Positions 1 to 9,300 of a stretch of 16,620 nucleotides of DNA are shown here, piece after piece; the first letter of the stretch is position 1; every line of letters begins with the position of its first letter. Position numbers and translations under genes: made by a program. The notes below the pieces were generated by a model. The model saw nothing but the letters and a program-made list of their open reading frames with translations. It had not been told where the DNA came from and did no database searches. Source of the DNA: Octopus sinensis (lineage: Eukaryota); NCBI RefSeq assembly GCF_006345805.1, contig NW_021825143.1, positions 1 to 16,620 on the forward strand, given 5' to 3'.

Positions 1-82
1 ACAGATAGATAGATACAAGTATGTATGTATGTGTACATGTGTGTGTGTGTGTGTACAAATATACAAACACACATACATATAT
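1..82. repeat. Compound microsatellite (GATA)n/(GTAT)n/(GT)n/(AC)n
   Basis: Directly visible simple repeats. Confidence 0.85.
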
Positions 83-628
83 GGAGTGGCTGTGTGGTAA
101 GTAGCTTGCTAACCAACCACATGGTTCCGGGTTCAGTCCCACTGCGTGGCATCTTGGGCAAGTGTCTTCTGCTATAGCCCCGGGCCGACCAATGCCTTGT
201 GAGTGGATTTGGTAGACGGAAACTGAAAGAAGCCTGTCGTATATATGTATATGTATATAGGCGCAAGAGTGGCTGTGGTATGTAGCTTGCTAACCAACCA
301 CATGGCTCCGGGTTCAGTCCCACTGCGTGGCACCTTGGGTGGCACCTTGGGTAAGTGTCTTCTACTATAGCCTCGGGCCGACCAATGCCGTGTGAGTGGA
401 TTTGGTAGACGGAAACTGAAAGAAGCCCATCATATATATATATATATAGGCATAGGAGTGGCTGTGAGGTAAGTAGCTTGCTAACCAACCACATGGTTCC
501 GGTTCAGTCCCACTGGCGTGGCACCTTCGGCAAGTGTCTTCTACTATAGCCCCGCCCCGGGCCGACCAATGCCTTGTGAGTGGATTTGGTAGACGGAAAC
601 TGAAGAAGCCCGTCGTATATATGTATAT

Positions 629-696
<68 letters not shown>

Positions 697-915
697 TGTG
701 TGTTTGTGTGTCTGTGTTTTGTCCCCCTAGCATTGCTTGACAACCGATGCTGGTATGTTTGTCCCCGTTACTTAGCGGTTCGCAAAAGAGACCGATAGAA
801 TAGTACTTGGCTTACAAAAGATAAGTCCCGGGGTCGAGTTGATCGATTAAAGAGGCGGTGCTCCAGCAATGGCCGCATTGAAAATGACTGAAACAAGTAA
901 AAGAGTAAAAGAGTA
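83..915 (+). mobile_element. Tandem cluster of a tRNA-derived CORE-like SINE: two 5' halves (83-258, 259-447) plus one full-length copy (448-915)
   Basis: Head GGAGTGGCTGTGTGGTAAG (A-box-like) and GGGTTCAGTCCC (B-box-like). TGCGTGGCACCTTGGGCAAGTG resembles the CORE domain (TGTGACCTTGGGCAAGT). An internal (TA)n follows, and the tail ends in repeated AAAAGAGT. The same element recurs at 15407-16370. Confidence 0.85.
616..692. repeat. (TA)n microsatellite inside the CORE-like SINE
   Basis: Directly visible. Confidence 0.95.
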
Positions 916-929
916 TATGCATGTATATA

Positions 930-1092
930 TAGTCGCGGGTGTGGGCTATATTCTAAGCAGTTTGCTTCCCAACCACATGATTTCGGGTTCAGTGACCCAT
1001 GACATTGCACCTTAGGTGACAGTCTTCCATAACCTCGAGTTTTTCTGAGTAGATCCGAAAGAAAAAACTGAAAGACGCCTGTCCTTTATATA
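930..1092 (+). mobile_element. Degenerate 5' half of the CORE-like SINE
   Basis: TTTGCTTCCCAACCACATGATTTCGGGTTCAGT...GCACCTTAGG...AAACTGAAAGACGCCTGTC aligns with the copies at 83-915 with many substitutions. Confidence 0.7.
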
Positions 1093-1095
1093 CAT

Positions 1096-1472
1096 TCTTT
1101 ATATATAAAAGTGAAGTTGTGTGTCTGTCTGTCTCCTACGATTTAGATTCCTAACTACTCCCACATTTTGCGGTACAGTTTAACCAAAACCGGGTATCTT
1201 ATAGTCGTGATTCATATCGAGCCCTTCTGGGTATTAGCGGCGCGTCTACGATGAGTCTACGATTTTAAAAATAATTACCATAATTATTTTCCATTTTAAC
1301 GCATATTTTTCGTGTGTCGATGGCGGCGGAGTTGGCGTCCCCGCTCACAGCTGCACCTGTGTTGCTTCTCCTCCTTCTTCCCTCCCTCGTGAAGCTGTGG
1401 GGAAGGAAGTGTAAGGAATCACGTCGTAAAGCTTGTCAAGGAGACCAGCGTTCTTTTAGAACAACGACTTCA
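1096..1472 (+). mobile_element. Unclassified interspersed repeat, possibly the 5' part of a non-autonomous Helitron-like element
   Basis: Begins TCTTTATATATAAAAGTGAAGTTGTGTGTCTGTCTGTC (5' TC, an AT-rich stretch, then (GTCT)n, an arrangement common in non-autonomous Helitrons). No 3' hairpin or CTRR end was found. Confidence 0.3.
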
Positions 1473-1552
1473 TGGTACAAAGAAACGGAAGTAAGAGTGT
1501 GAGAAAGTTGTGGTGAAGAGTACAGCACAAGGTTTCACCACCACCCCTTGCA
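1473..1552 (-). mobile_element. Partial duplicate of the middle of the SINE at 1555-1933
   Basis: GGTACAA...AGAGTGTGAGAAAGTTGTGGTGAAGAGTACAGC...TTCACCACC matches 1729-1803. Confidence 0.75.
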
Positions 1553-1554
1553 GA

Positions 1555-1933
1555 AGCACTCTGTCGGTTACGACGATGAGGGTTCCAGTTGATCCGATCA
1601 ACGGAACAGCCTGCTCGTGGAATTAACGTGCAATTGGCTAAGCACTCCACAGACCACGTGTACCCTTAACGTAGTCTCGGGGATATTCAGCGTGACCGGA
1701 GAGTGACAAGGGCCGCCCTTGAAATACAGGTACAACAAACAGGAATAAGGAAGAGTGAGAGAAAGTTGTGGTGAAAGAGTACAGCAGGGTTCACCACCTC
1801 CCCTTTCGGAGCCTCGTGGAGGCTTTAGGTGTTTTTTCGCTCAATAAACACTCACAACGCCCGGTCTGTTAATCGAAACCGCGATCCTATGACCGCGAGT
1901 CCGCTGCCCTAACCACTGGGCCATTGCGCCTCC
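1555..1933 (-). mobile_element. Full-length tRNA-derived SINE (about 380 bp), sister family of the V-like SINE
   Basis: The minus strand starts GGAGGCGCAATGGCCCAGTGGTTAGGGCAG (A box) with GGTTTCGATT (B-box-like). The head and middle match 14542-14720, but the 3' half differs. Confidence 0.8.
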
Positions 1934-1952
1934 ATTGCTCCTGTTTATATAC

Positions 1953-2016
1953 TCTAGCTGAATAGTTAAGCGTTAAGCATTGGCATTACGAGGTTTTGGG
2001 TTCGATTTCACCCTGT
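1953..2016 (+). mobile_element. Degenerate tRNA-like SINE head remnant
   Basis: TAGCTGAATAGTTAAGCG (A-box-like) and GGGTTCGATTTC (B-box-like) at tRNA-like spacing. No intact cloverleaf. Confidence 0.4.
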
Positions 2017-2030
2017 GTTATCTTTATTTA

Positions 2031-3381
2031 GGCGGCGAGCTTGCAGAAACGTTAGCACGCCGGGCGAAATTCTTAGCGGTATTTCGTCTGCCGTACGTTC
2101 TGAGTTCAAATTCCGCCGAGGTCAACTTTGCCTTTCATCCTTTCGGGGTTGATTAAATAAGTACCAGTCACGCACTGGGGGTTGATATAATCGCCTTAAT
2201 CCGTTTGTCTGTCCTTGTTTGTCCTCTCTGTGTTTAGCCCCTTGTGGGTAGTAAAGAAATAGGTATTTTGTCTGCCGCTACGTTCTGAGTTCAAATTCCG
2301 CCGAGGTCAACTTTTATCTTTCATCTTTTCGGGGTCGATTAAATAAGTACCAGTCACGCACTGGGGGTTGATATATCGAATTAATCCGTTTGTCTGTCCT
2401 TCTTTGTCCTCTCTGTGTTTTTAGACCCTTGTGGGTAGTAAAGAATAGAAATAGGTATTTCGTCTGCTGTTACGTCCCTGAGTTCAAATTCCGCCGAGAT
2501 CGACTTGCCTTTCATCCTTTCGGGGTCGATTAAATAAGTACCAGTCACCCACTGGGGTCGATATAATCGACTTAATCCCTTTGTCTGTCTTTGTTGTCAC
2601 CTCTGTGTTTAGCCCCTTGTGGGTAGTAAAGAAATAGGTATTTCTTCTGCCGTTAATGTTCTTGGGTTCAAATTCCGCCGAGGTCGACTTTGCCTTTCCT
2701 CCTTTCGGGGTCGATTAAATAAGTACCAGTTACCCACTGGGGTCGATGTAATCGACCTTAAACCATTTGTCTGTCCTTGTTGTCCTCTCTGTGTTTAGCC
2801 CCTTCTGGGTAGTAAAGAAATAGGTATTTCGTCTGCTGTTACGTCCTGAGTTCACATTCCGCCCGAGGTCGACTTTGCCTTTCATTCAATCATTTCGGGG
2901 TTGACTTAAATAAAGTACCAGTTACGCACTGGGGTCGATGTAATCGACTTAATCCGTTTGTCTGTCCTTGTTTGTCCCCTCTGTGTTTAGCCCCTTGTGG
3001 GTAGTAAAGAAATAGGTATTTCGTCTGCCGTTAAGTGTTCTGGGTTCAAATTCCGCCGATCGACTTTGCCTTTCATCCTTTTCGGGATCGTAAATTAAGT
3101 ACCAGTTACGCACTGGGTCGATGTAAATCGACTTAATCCTTTGTCTGTCCTTGTTTGTCCCCTCTGTGTTTAGGCCCTTGTGGGTAGTAAAGAAATAAGT
3201 ATTTCGTCTGCCGTTAAGTGTTCTGGTTCAAATTCCGCCGAGGTCGACTTTGCCTTCCATCCTTTCGGATCGATAAATTAAGTACCAGTTACGCACTGAG
3301 GTCTATGTATCGACTTAATCCCTTTGTCTGTCCTTGTTTGTCCCCTCTGTGTTTAGCCCCCTTGTGGGTAGTAAAGAAATA
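2031..3381 (+). repeat. Meta-like SINE multimer: one tRNA-derived head plus 7 tandem bodies of about 186 bp
   Basis: Head GGCGGCGAGCTTGCAGAAACGTTAGCACGCCGGGCGAAAT... occurs once. Units start GTATTTCGTCTG at about 2079, 2263, 2455, 2638, 2824, 3016 and 3199. Each unit has B box GTTCAAATTCC and GCCTTTCATCCTTTCGGGGTCGAT..AAGTACCAG, resembling the Meta-SINE domain. Confidence 0.9.
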
Positions 3382-3897
3382 ATATATACACATATGATGG
3401 CTATTCCTCACGACTGAGGAAACCATCGACGGTCTTTAACAGCATCGTACACACAGACAGAATTATACTTACACTGTGGTCCCCACTGAATGACAAATGA
3501 TTCCAGCTCTTTATAAACATTCTTTCTTCTTTATTCCTTAACCCTCCAGCGCGGAGTGTAGCCACATATAGTTGAATTTCATGTCGCATAATTCTTTGCT
3601 CTTGTACTTATACTCTGCCATGTATGTCCCTTTTCTCTAGTTCCTTATGTGTTAATCTCCGCCACGAGTTCTTCTTAGGGCTAACTCTTCTTCTATATGC
3701 AACCCGGTTTCCACTTAAAGCACTTTTTGCTATATTTGGTGTGTCTTTTTTCTTGTGCCTTTAACCCTCCCAACGCTGAGTATAGGCCACTTATGTCCCC
3801 CCTTTCTCTAGTTCCTTTTGTGTTGATCTCCGCCACGAGTTCTTAGGCCTAACTCTCCTTCTATAATCCAACCGTTTTCCACTTTAAAGCACTTTTC

Positions 3898-4030
3898 ACA
3901 GAACTTGAGGCGATCCCACGAAGCTACACGAAGAAGATAGCCTCTGTGCAGCATATAAGCTACTGGATGACTCAAAGATTAAGACTCTATTCCTTGAAGC
4001 GTCGGCGAGAAAGATTATGCCATAATATAC
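3898..4030 (+). mobile_element. CR1/L2-group LINE ORF2 C-terminal fragment
   Basis: Translates TELEAIPRSYTKKIASVQHISYWMTQRLRLYSLKRRRER, matching the CR1-group motif LE.VQR..TK.I..L..LSY.ERL..L.LYSLERRR.R. Confidence 0.75.
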
Positions 4031-4089
4031 ATACTCTTACTCTTTACTCTCTTACTTGTTTCAGTCATTTGACTGCGGCCATGCTGGAG
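4031..4089 (-). mobile_element. 3' tail fragment of the CORE-like SINE
   Basis: Reverse complement of CTCCAGCATGGCCGCAGTCAAATGACTGAAACAAGTAA...AGAGT, as at 16329-16370. Confidence 0.85.
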
Positions 4090-4597
4090 TATGGCCACAC
4101 TTATGTCCCCCTTTCTCTAGTTCCTATTGTGTTGATCTCCGCCACGAGTTCTAGGCCTACCTTTCCTTCTTATATCCAAACCGGTTTCCACTTTAAAAGC
4201 ACTTTTCGCTACATTTGGTGTGTCCTTTTCTAATTGTGCTACCAATCCACACCACTTTTTCTTAAATATTTGCTCCCTAATCGAAACTTGATTTGTTCTT
4301 TGCCATCGCTCCATATTGCTTATGTGTTGGGGCCATTTTAATTTTAAGTATACTACGCAAGCATCTGTTTGATGAATGATTGTATTTGCTTATTTGACTT
4401 AACTGTTGTTCGCCCATGTCTCAGCCCCATACAATAACAACGCATGTTTTTTGTAAAAAATTCTTATTTTGTTCTTAATTGAAATTACACTTGCACTCCA
4501 TACTTTCTTTAACAGGTGAAAAGCGGTCCTTGCCTTACTTATTCTCGTCCTAATAATCTTCCTCGTGCCGCCTGAAACGTTATCTTACTTCTTAATA

Positions 4598-4719
4598 TGT
4601 AGAAACACTGCCAGATAAGAATGGAACCTGGTGGCAGCCTCCTGGCTTCCCAGACCCCGGTCGAACCGTCCAACCTATGCTAGCATGGAAACGGACGTTA
4701 AACGAAGATAGATGATATA

Positions 4720-4774
<55 letters not shown>

Positions 4775-5300
4775 CATGTAGCACCCACTACACTCACGGA
4801 GTGGTTGGTGTTAGGAAGGGCATCAAGCTGTAAAACTCTGCCGCCAGATTCAGACTGGGGCCTGGTGCAGCCTTCTGGCTTCCCAGACCCCAGTCAATCC
4901 CGTCTAACCTTTGCTATCATGGAAAACGTACGTTAAACGATGATATTATATGTTAGCACTCACTACACTCTTGGAGTGGTTGCGTTAGGAAGGGCATCCA
5001 GCGTAGAAACCCTGCCAGATCAGACTGGGGCCTGGTGGCAGCCTTCTGGCATCCCAGATCCCCCCCGTCGAACCGTCCAACCCACGCTAGCATGGAAAGC
5101 GGACGTTAAACGATGATATGATGATATATATATATATCACGGAGTGGTTGGCGTTAAAGGGCATCCAGCTGTAGAAACAATGCCAGATCTACTGGGGCCT
5201 GGTGCAGCCTCGGGCATCCCAGACCCTGGTCGAACCGTCGAACCCACGCTAGCAAGGGAAGCGGACGTTAAACGATGATATGATATGATATATTTATATA

Positions 5301-5347
<47 letters not shown>

Positions 5348-5521
5348 GTAGCACCCTACACTCACGGAGTGTTGGCGTTAGAAGGAAGGGCTTCCAGCTG
5401 TAGAAACCTTCTGCCAGATCTGACTGGGGCTTGGTGCAGCCTCTGGCATCCCAGACCTTGGTCGAACCGTCCAAACTATGCTAGCATGGAAAACGGACGT
5501 TAACGATGATAAATAATATAG

Positions 5522-5563
<42 letters not shown>

Positions 5564-5790
5564 ATATATATATATTCTATATATATTATATATTATAGTA
5601 TATTATATATATATATATGTATATGTAGCACCCAACACTCACGGAGTGGGTGGGGTTAGGAAGGTCATCAAGCTGTAGAACACTGCCAGATCACACTGGG
5701 GCCTGGTGCAGCCCCCCCCTCCTGTTTCCAAAACCTCAGTCGAACCGTCCAACCCGTGCTAGCACGGAAACGCATTAACGATGGTGGATG
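4598..5790 (+). repeat. Six tandem copies of a retroposon 3' segment of about 170 bp (RTE-like tail), mostly separated by (TA)n tracts
   Basis: Unit GTAGCACCCACTACACTCACGGAGTGGTTGGCGTTAGGAAGGGCATCCAGCTGTAGAAAC...GCTAGCATGGAAAGCGGACGTTAAACGATGAT at about 4598 (truncated), 4777, 4952, 5137, 5347 and 5623. The GTTAGGAAGGGCATCC motif and (GAT)n tail suggest RTE dependence (inference). Confidence 0.8.
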
Positions 5791-6172
5791 ATGATGATGG
5801 TGATGGTGATGGTGATGTTAATAATAATAATGAGGATTATGATGAAATGATGATGATGACGATGATGATGATTATGATGACGATGATAATACGACGACGA
5901 CGATTATGACAGACGATGATGACGATGATACGATGAAGACGATGATGATGATTATGATGATTATGATTATGATGATGATGATGACGAATGATGATGATGA
6001 TGATGATTCTGTGGTTGATGAACGATGATTATGATGATGATGATGATGATGATGTTGATGAGGATGAGGATGATGAGGAATGATGACGATTGATGATTAT
6101 TGATGATTATGATGATGATGATGATGACGACGACGACGACGAGATGACGATGATGATGATGACAATGATGAT
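5782..6172 (+). repeat. Imperfect (GAT/GAC)n trinucleotide tract of about 390 bp
   Basis: Directly visible and contiguous with the GATGAT tail of the last upstream element copy. Confidence 0.95.
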
Positions 6173-6231
6173 CTTCAAATTAATAAAAGCCAAAAAGCCA
6201 TCTTGTGATTTCATTTTATTCCTTTTTTCAG

Positions 6232-6361
6232 ATCGCGAGTGAATGATGGATCAAAGGCTGTGAAACTTGGAGATTTTGGATTAGCAACCGATGCGAAACA
6301 ACCTTGTTCGTTGTTTGCGGAACCCCTACTTATGGGCCCCGGATATTCTTTCAGAAAAATG
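6232..6361 (+). CDS. DCLK: Internal exon of a doublecortin-like (DCLK-family, CAMK group) Ser/Thr kinase covering subdomains VII-VIII, frameshifted in this sequence
   Basis: Polypyrimidine tract plus acceptor TTTTTTCAG ending at 6231, and donor GTAAGT at 6362. Translation with two 1-nt corrections gives [21 protein letters not shown]/(L)FVVCGTPTY/(V)APDILSE, versus the DCLK1-type sequence recalled as [40 protein letters not shown]. Confidence 0.8.
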
Positions 6362-6362
6362 G

Positions 6363-6376
6363 TAAGTGTTTTATAT
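6363..6376 (+). other. Left target-site duplication of the 8.15-kb SINE array (overlaps the splice donor)
   Basis: TAAGTGTTTTATAT here versus TAAGTGTTTATAT at 14531-14543 (one T fewer in the homopolymer). Confidence 0.8.
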
Positions 6377-6377
6377 A

Positions 6378-9300
6378 TATTTCTTTACTACCCCACAAAG
6401 GCTAAACACAGAGGGGACAAACAAGACAGACAAACGGATTAAGTCGTTACATAGACCCCAGTGCGAAACTGGTACTTAATTTATCGACCCCGAAAGGATG
6501 AAAGGCAAAGTCGACCTCGGCGGAATTTGAACCCAGAACACTTAACGGCAGACGAAATACCTATTTCTTTACTACCCACAAGGGATAAACACAGAGGGGA
6601 CAAACAAGGACAGACAAAGGATTAAGTCGATTACATCGACCCCAGTGCGTAACTGGTACTTAATTTATCGACCCCGAAAGGATGAAAGGCAAAGTGGACC
6701 TGGCGGAATTGGCACCAGACGTAGCGGAGGCGCCTTGACTTCTCTCTACAGTACCAATTTACTACCCACAAGGGGAAAACACAGAGGGGACAACAAGGAC
6801 AGACAAAGGGATTAAGTCGATTACATAGACGCCAGTGCGTAACTGGTACTTAATATATCGACCCCGAAGGATGAAAGGCAAAGTGGACCTCGGCGGATTT
6901 GAACCGAGAACACTTAACGCCAGACGAAATACCTATTTCTTTACTACCACACAAGGGGCTAACAAGAGGGGACAAACAAGGACAGACAAAGGGATTAAGT
7001 CGATTACATAGACCCCAGTGCGTAACTGGTTACTTAATTTTCGACCCCGAAAGGATGGAAGGCAAAGTCGACCTCGGGCGGAATTTGAACCCAGAACACT
7101 TAACGGCAGAACGAAATACCTATTTTCTTTACTACCCCAGGGATAAACACAGAGGAGACAAACAAGGACAGACAAATGGATTAAGTCGATTACATAGACC
7201 TCAGTGCGTAACTGGTACTTAATTTATCGAGCCCCGAAAGGTGAAGGCAAGTAGTGACCTCGCGGAATTTGAACCCAGAACACTTAACGGCAGACGAAAG
7301 CTATTTCTTTACTACACACAAGGGTCTAAACACAGAGGAGACAAACAGGACAGACAAAGGGATTAAGTCGATTACATCGACCCCAGTGCGTAAGTGGTAC
7401 TTTAATTTATCGACCCCGAAAGGATGAAAGGCAAAGTGACCTCGGCGGAATTGAAACCGAGAACACTTACGGCAGACGAAATACCTATTTCTTTACTACC
7501 CACAAGGGGCTAAACACAGAGGAGACAAACAAGGACAGACAAGGATTAAGAAGTCGATTACATAGACCCCAGTGCGTAACTGGTACTTAATTTATCGACC
7601 CCGAAAGGATGGAAAGGCAAGTCGACCTCGGCGGAATTTGAACCCAGAACACTTAACGGCAGACGAAATACCTATTTCTTTCTACGCACAAGGGGCTAAA
7701 CACAGAGAAGGACAAACAAGGACAGACAAGGTATTAAGTCGATTACATAGACCTCAGTGCGTAACTGGTACTTAATTTATCGATCCCGAAGGATGAAAGC
7801 AAAGTCGATCGGCGGAATTTGAACCCAGAACACTTAACGGCAGACGAAATACCTATTTCTTTACTACCCACAAGGGGCTAAACACAGAGGGGACAAACAA
7901 GGACAGACAAAGGGATTAAGTCGATTACAATAGACCTCAGTGCGTAACTGGTAGTTAATTTATCGATCCCGAAAGCATGAAAGGCAAAGTCGATCGGCGG
8001 AATTTGAACCCAGAACACTTAAACGGCAGACGAATACCTATTTTTCTTACTACCCACAAGGGCTAAACACAGAGGGGACAAACCAGGACAGACAAAGGAT
8101 TACGTCGATTACAAAGACCCAGTGCGTACTGGTACTTAATTAATCGATCCCGAAAGGATGGAAGGCATGTCGACCTCGGCGGAATTTGAACCAAGAACAC
8201 TTAACGCAGAACGAAATACTTATTTATTTACTACCCACAAAGGGCTAAACACAGAGGGGACAAACAAGGACAGACAAAGGTATTAAGTCGATTACAATCG
8301 ACCCAGTGCGTAACTGGTACTTAATTTATCGAATCCAAATGATGAAGGCAAAGTCGATCGGCGGAATTTGAACCCATAACACTTAACGGCAGACAAATAC
8401 TATTTCTTTACTACCACAAGAGGCTAAACACAGAGGGGACAAACAAGGACAGACAAGGATAAGTCGATTACATAGACCTCAGTGCGTAACTGGTACTTAT
8501 TTATCGACCCCGAAACGATGAAAGGCAAAAGTCGATCGGCGGAATTTGAACCCAGAAACTTAACACGGCAGACGAAATACCTATTTCTTTTACTACCCCC
8601 CCAAGGGCTAAACACAGAGGGGACAAACAAGGACAGACAAAGGGATTAAGTCGTTACATCGACCCCAGTGCGAACTGGTACTTAATTTATCGACCCCGAA
8701 AGATGTAAGGCAAAGTCGACCTCGGCGGAATTTGAACCCAGAACACTTAACGGCAGACGAATACCTATTTTTCTTTACTACCCACAAGGGGAAAAACACA
8801 GAGGGCAAACAAGGACAGACAAAGGGATTAAGTCGATTACATAGACCTCAGTGCGTAACTGGTACTTAATTTATCGACCCCGAAAGGATGAATGGCAAAG
8901 TCGATCGGCGGAATTTGAACCCAGAACACTTAACGGCAGACGAAATACCTATTTCTTTACTACCCACAAGGGGCTAAACCAGAGGAGACAAACAGGACAG
9001 ACAAAGGGATTAAGTCGATTACATCTCGACGCCAGTGCGTAACTGGTACTTAATATATCGACCCCGAAAGGATGAAAGGCAAAGTGGACCTCGGCGGAAT
9101 TTGAACCGAGAACACTTAACGGCAGACGAAATACCTATTTCTTTACTACCCACAAGGGGCTAAACACAGAGGGGACAAACAAGGACAGACAAAGGGATTA
9201 AGTCGATTACATAGACCCCAGTGCGTAACTGGTACTTAATTTATCGACCCCGAAAGGATGGAAGGCAAAGTCGACCTCGGCGGAATTTGAACCCAGAACA

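Larger units (their letters stand above)
3465..4595 (-). mobile_element. Decayed RTE-clade LINE, C-terminal ORF fragment, with its last 140-150 bp triplicated and interrupted by other repeats
   Basis: Minus-strand translation with frameshifts: GGTRKIIRTRISKARTAFHLLKKVWSASVISIKNKIRIF..LLYGAETW/RTTVKSNKQIQSFI/NRCLRSILKIK/WPQHISNMERWQRTNQ...KKKW...RRKGRPR./WRRST. This matches the RTE post-RT pattern (RI.KAR.AF..L..IW...LLYGAETW...CLR.IL.I.W...GRP...WRR). Confidence 0.85.

Noticed and set aside
365-743. YIYI-rich ORFs here and at 4592-4936 and 15679-16207
   Set aside because: These are translations of (TA)n tracts and SINE sequence.
1314-1502. 62-aa ORF with a signal-peptide-like LLLLLL stretch
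   Set aside because: It starts at GTG, derives from CT-rich low-complexity sequence within a probable repeat, runs into a SINE fragment and has no recognisable domain.
2010-3400. TSD around the small Meta-like array
   Set aside because: The flanks (GTTATCTTTATTTA and ATATATACACAT) show no convincing direct repeat.
5782-6172. Poly-Asp/Met coding region fused to the kinase exon
   Set aside because: The tract shifts phase often, contains stops in all long readings, and lies upstream of a clear splice acceptor.
6362-6442. 3' extension of ORF 6239-6442
   Set aside because: It is out of the kinase frame after about 6306 and reads through the donor into the SINE array.
6701-6760. Apparently unique insert within the array
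   Set aside because: It replaces a similar length of the unit with a garbled version, most likely a low-quality consensus patch.
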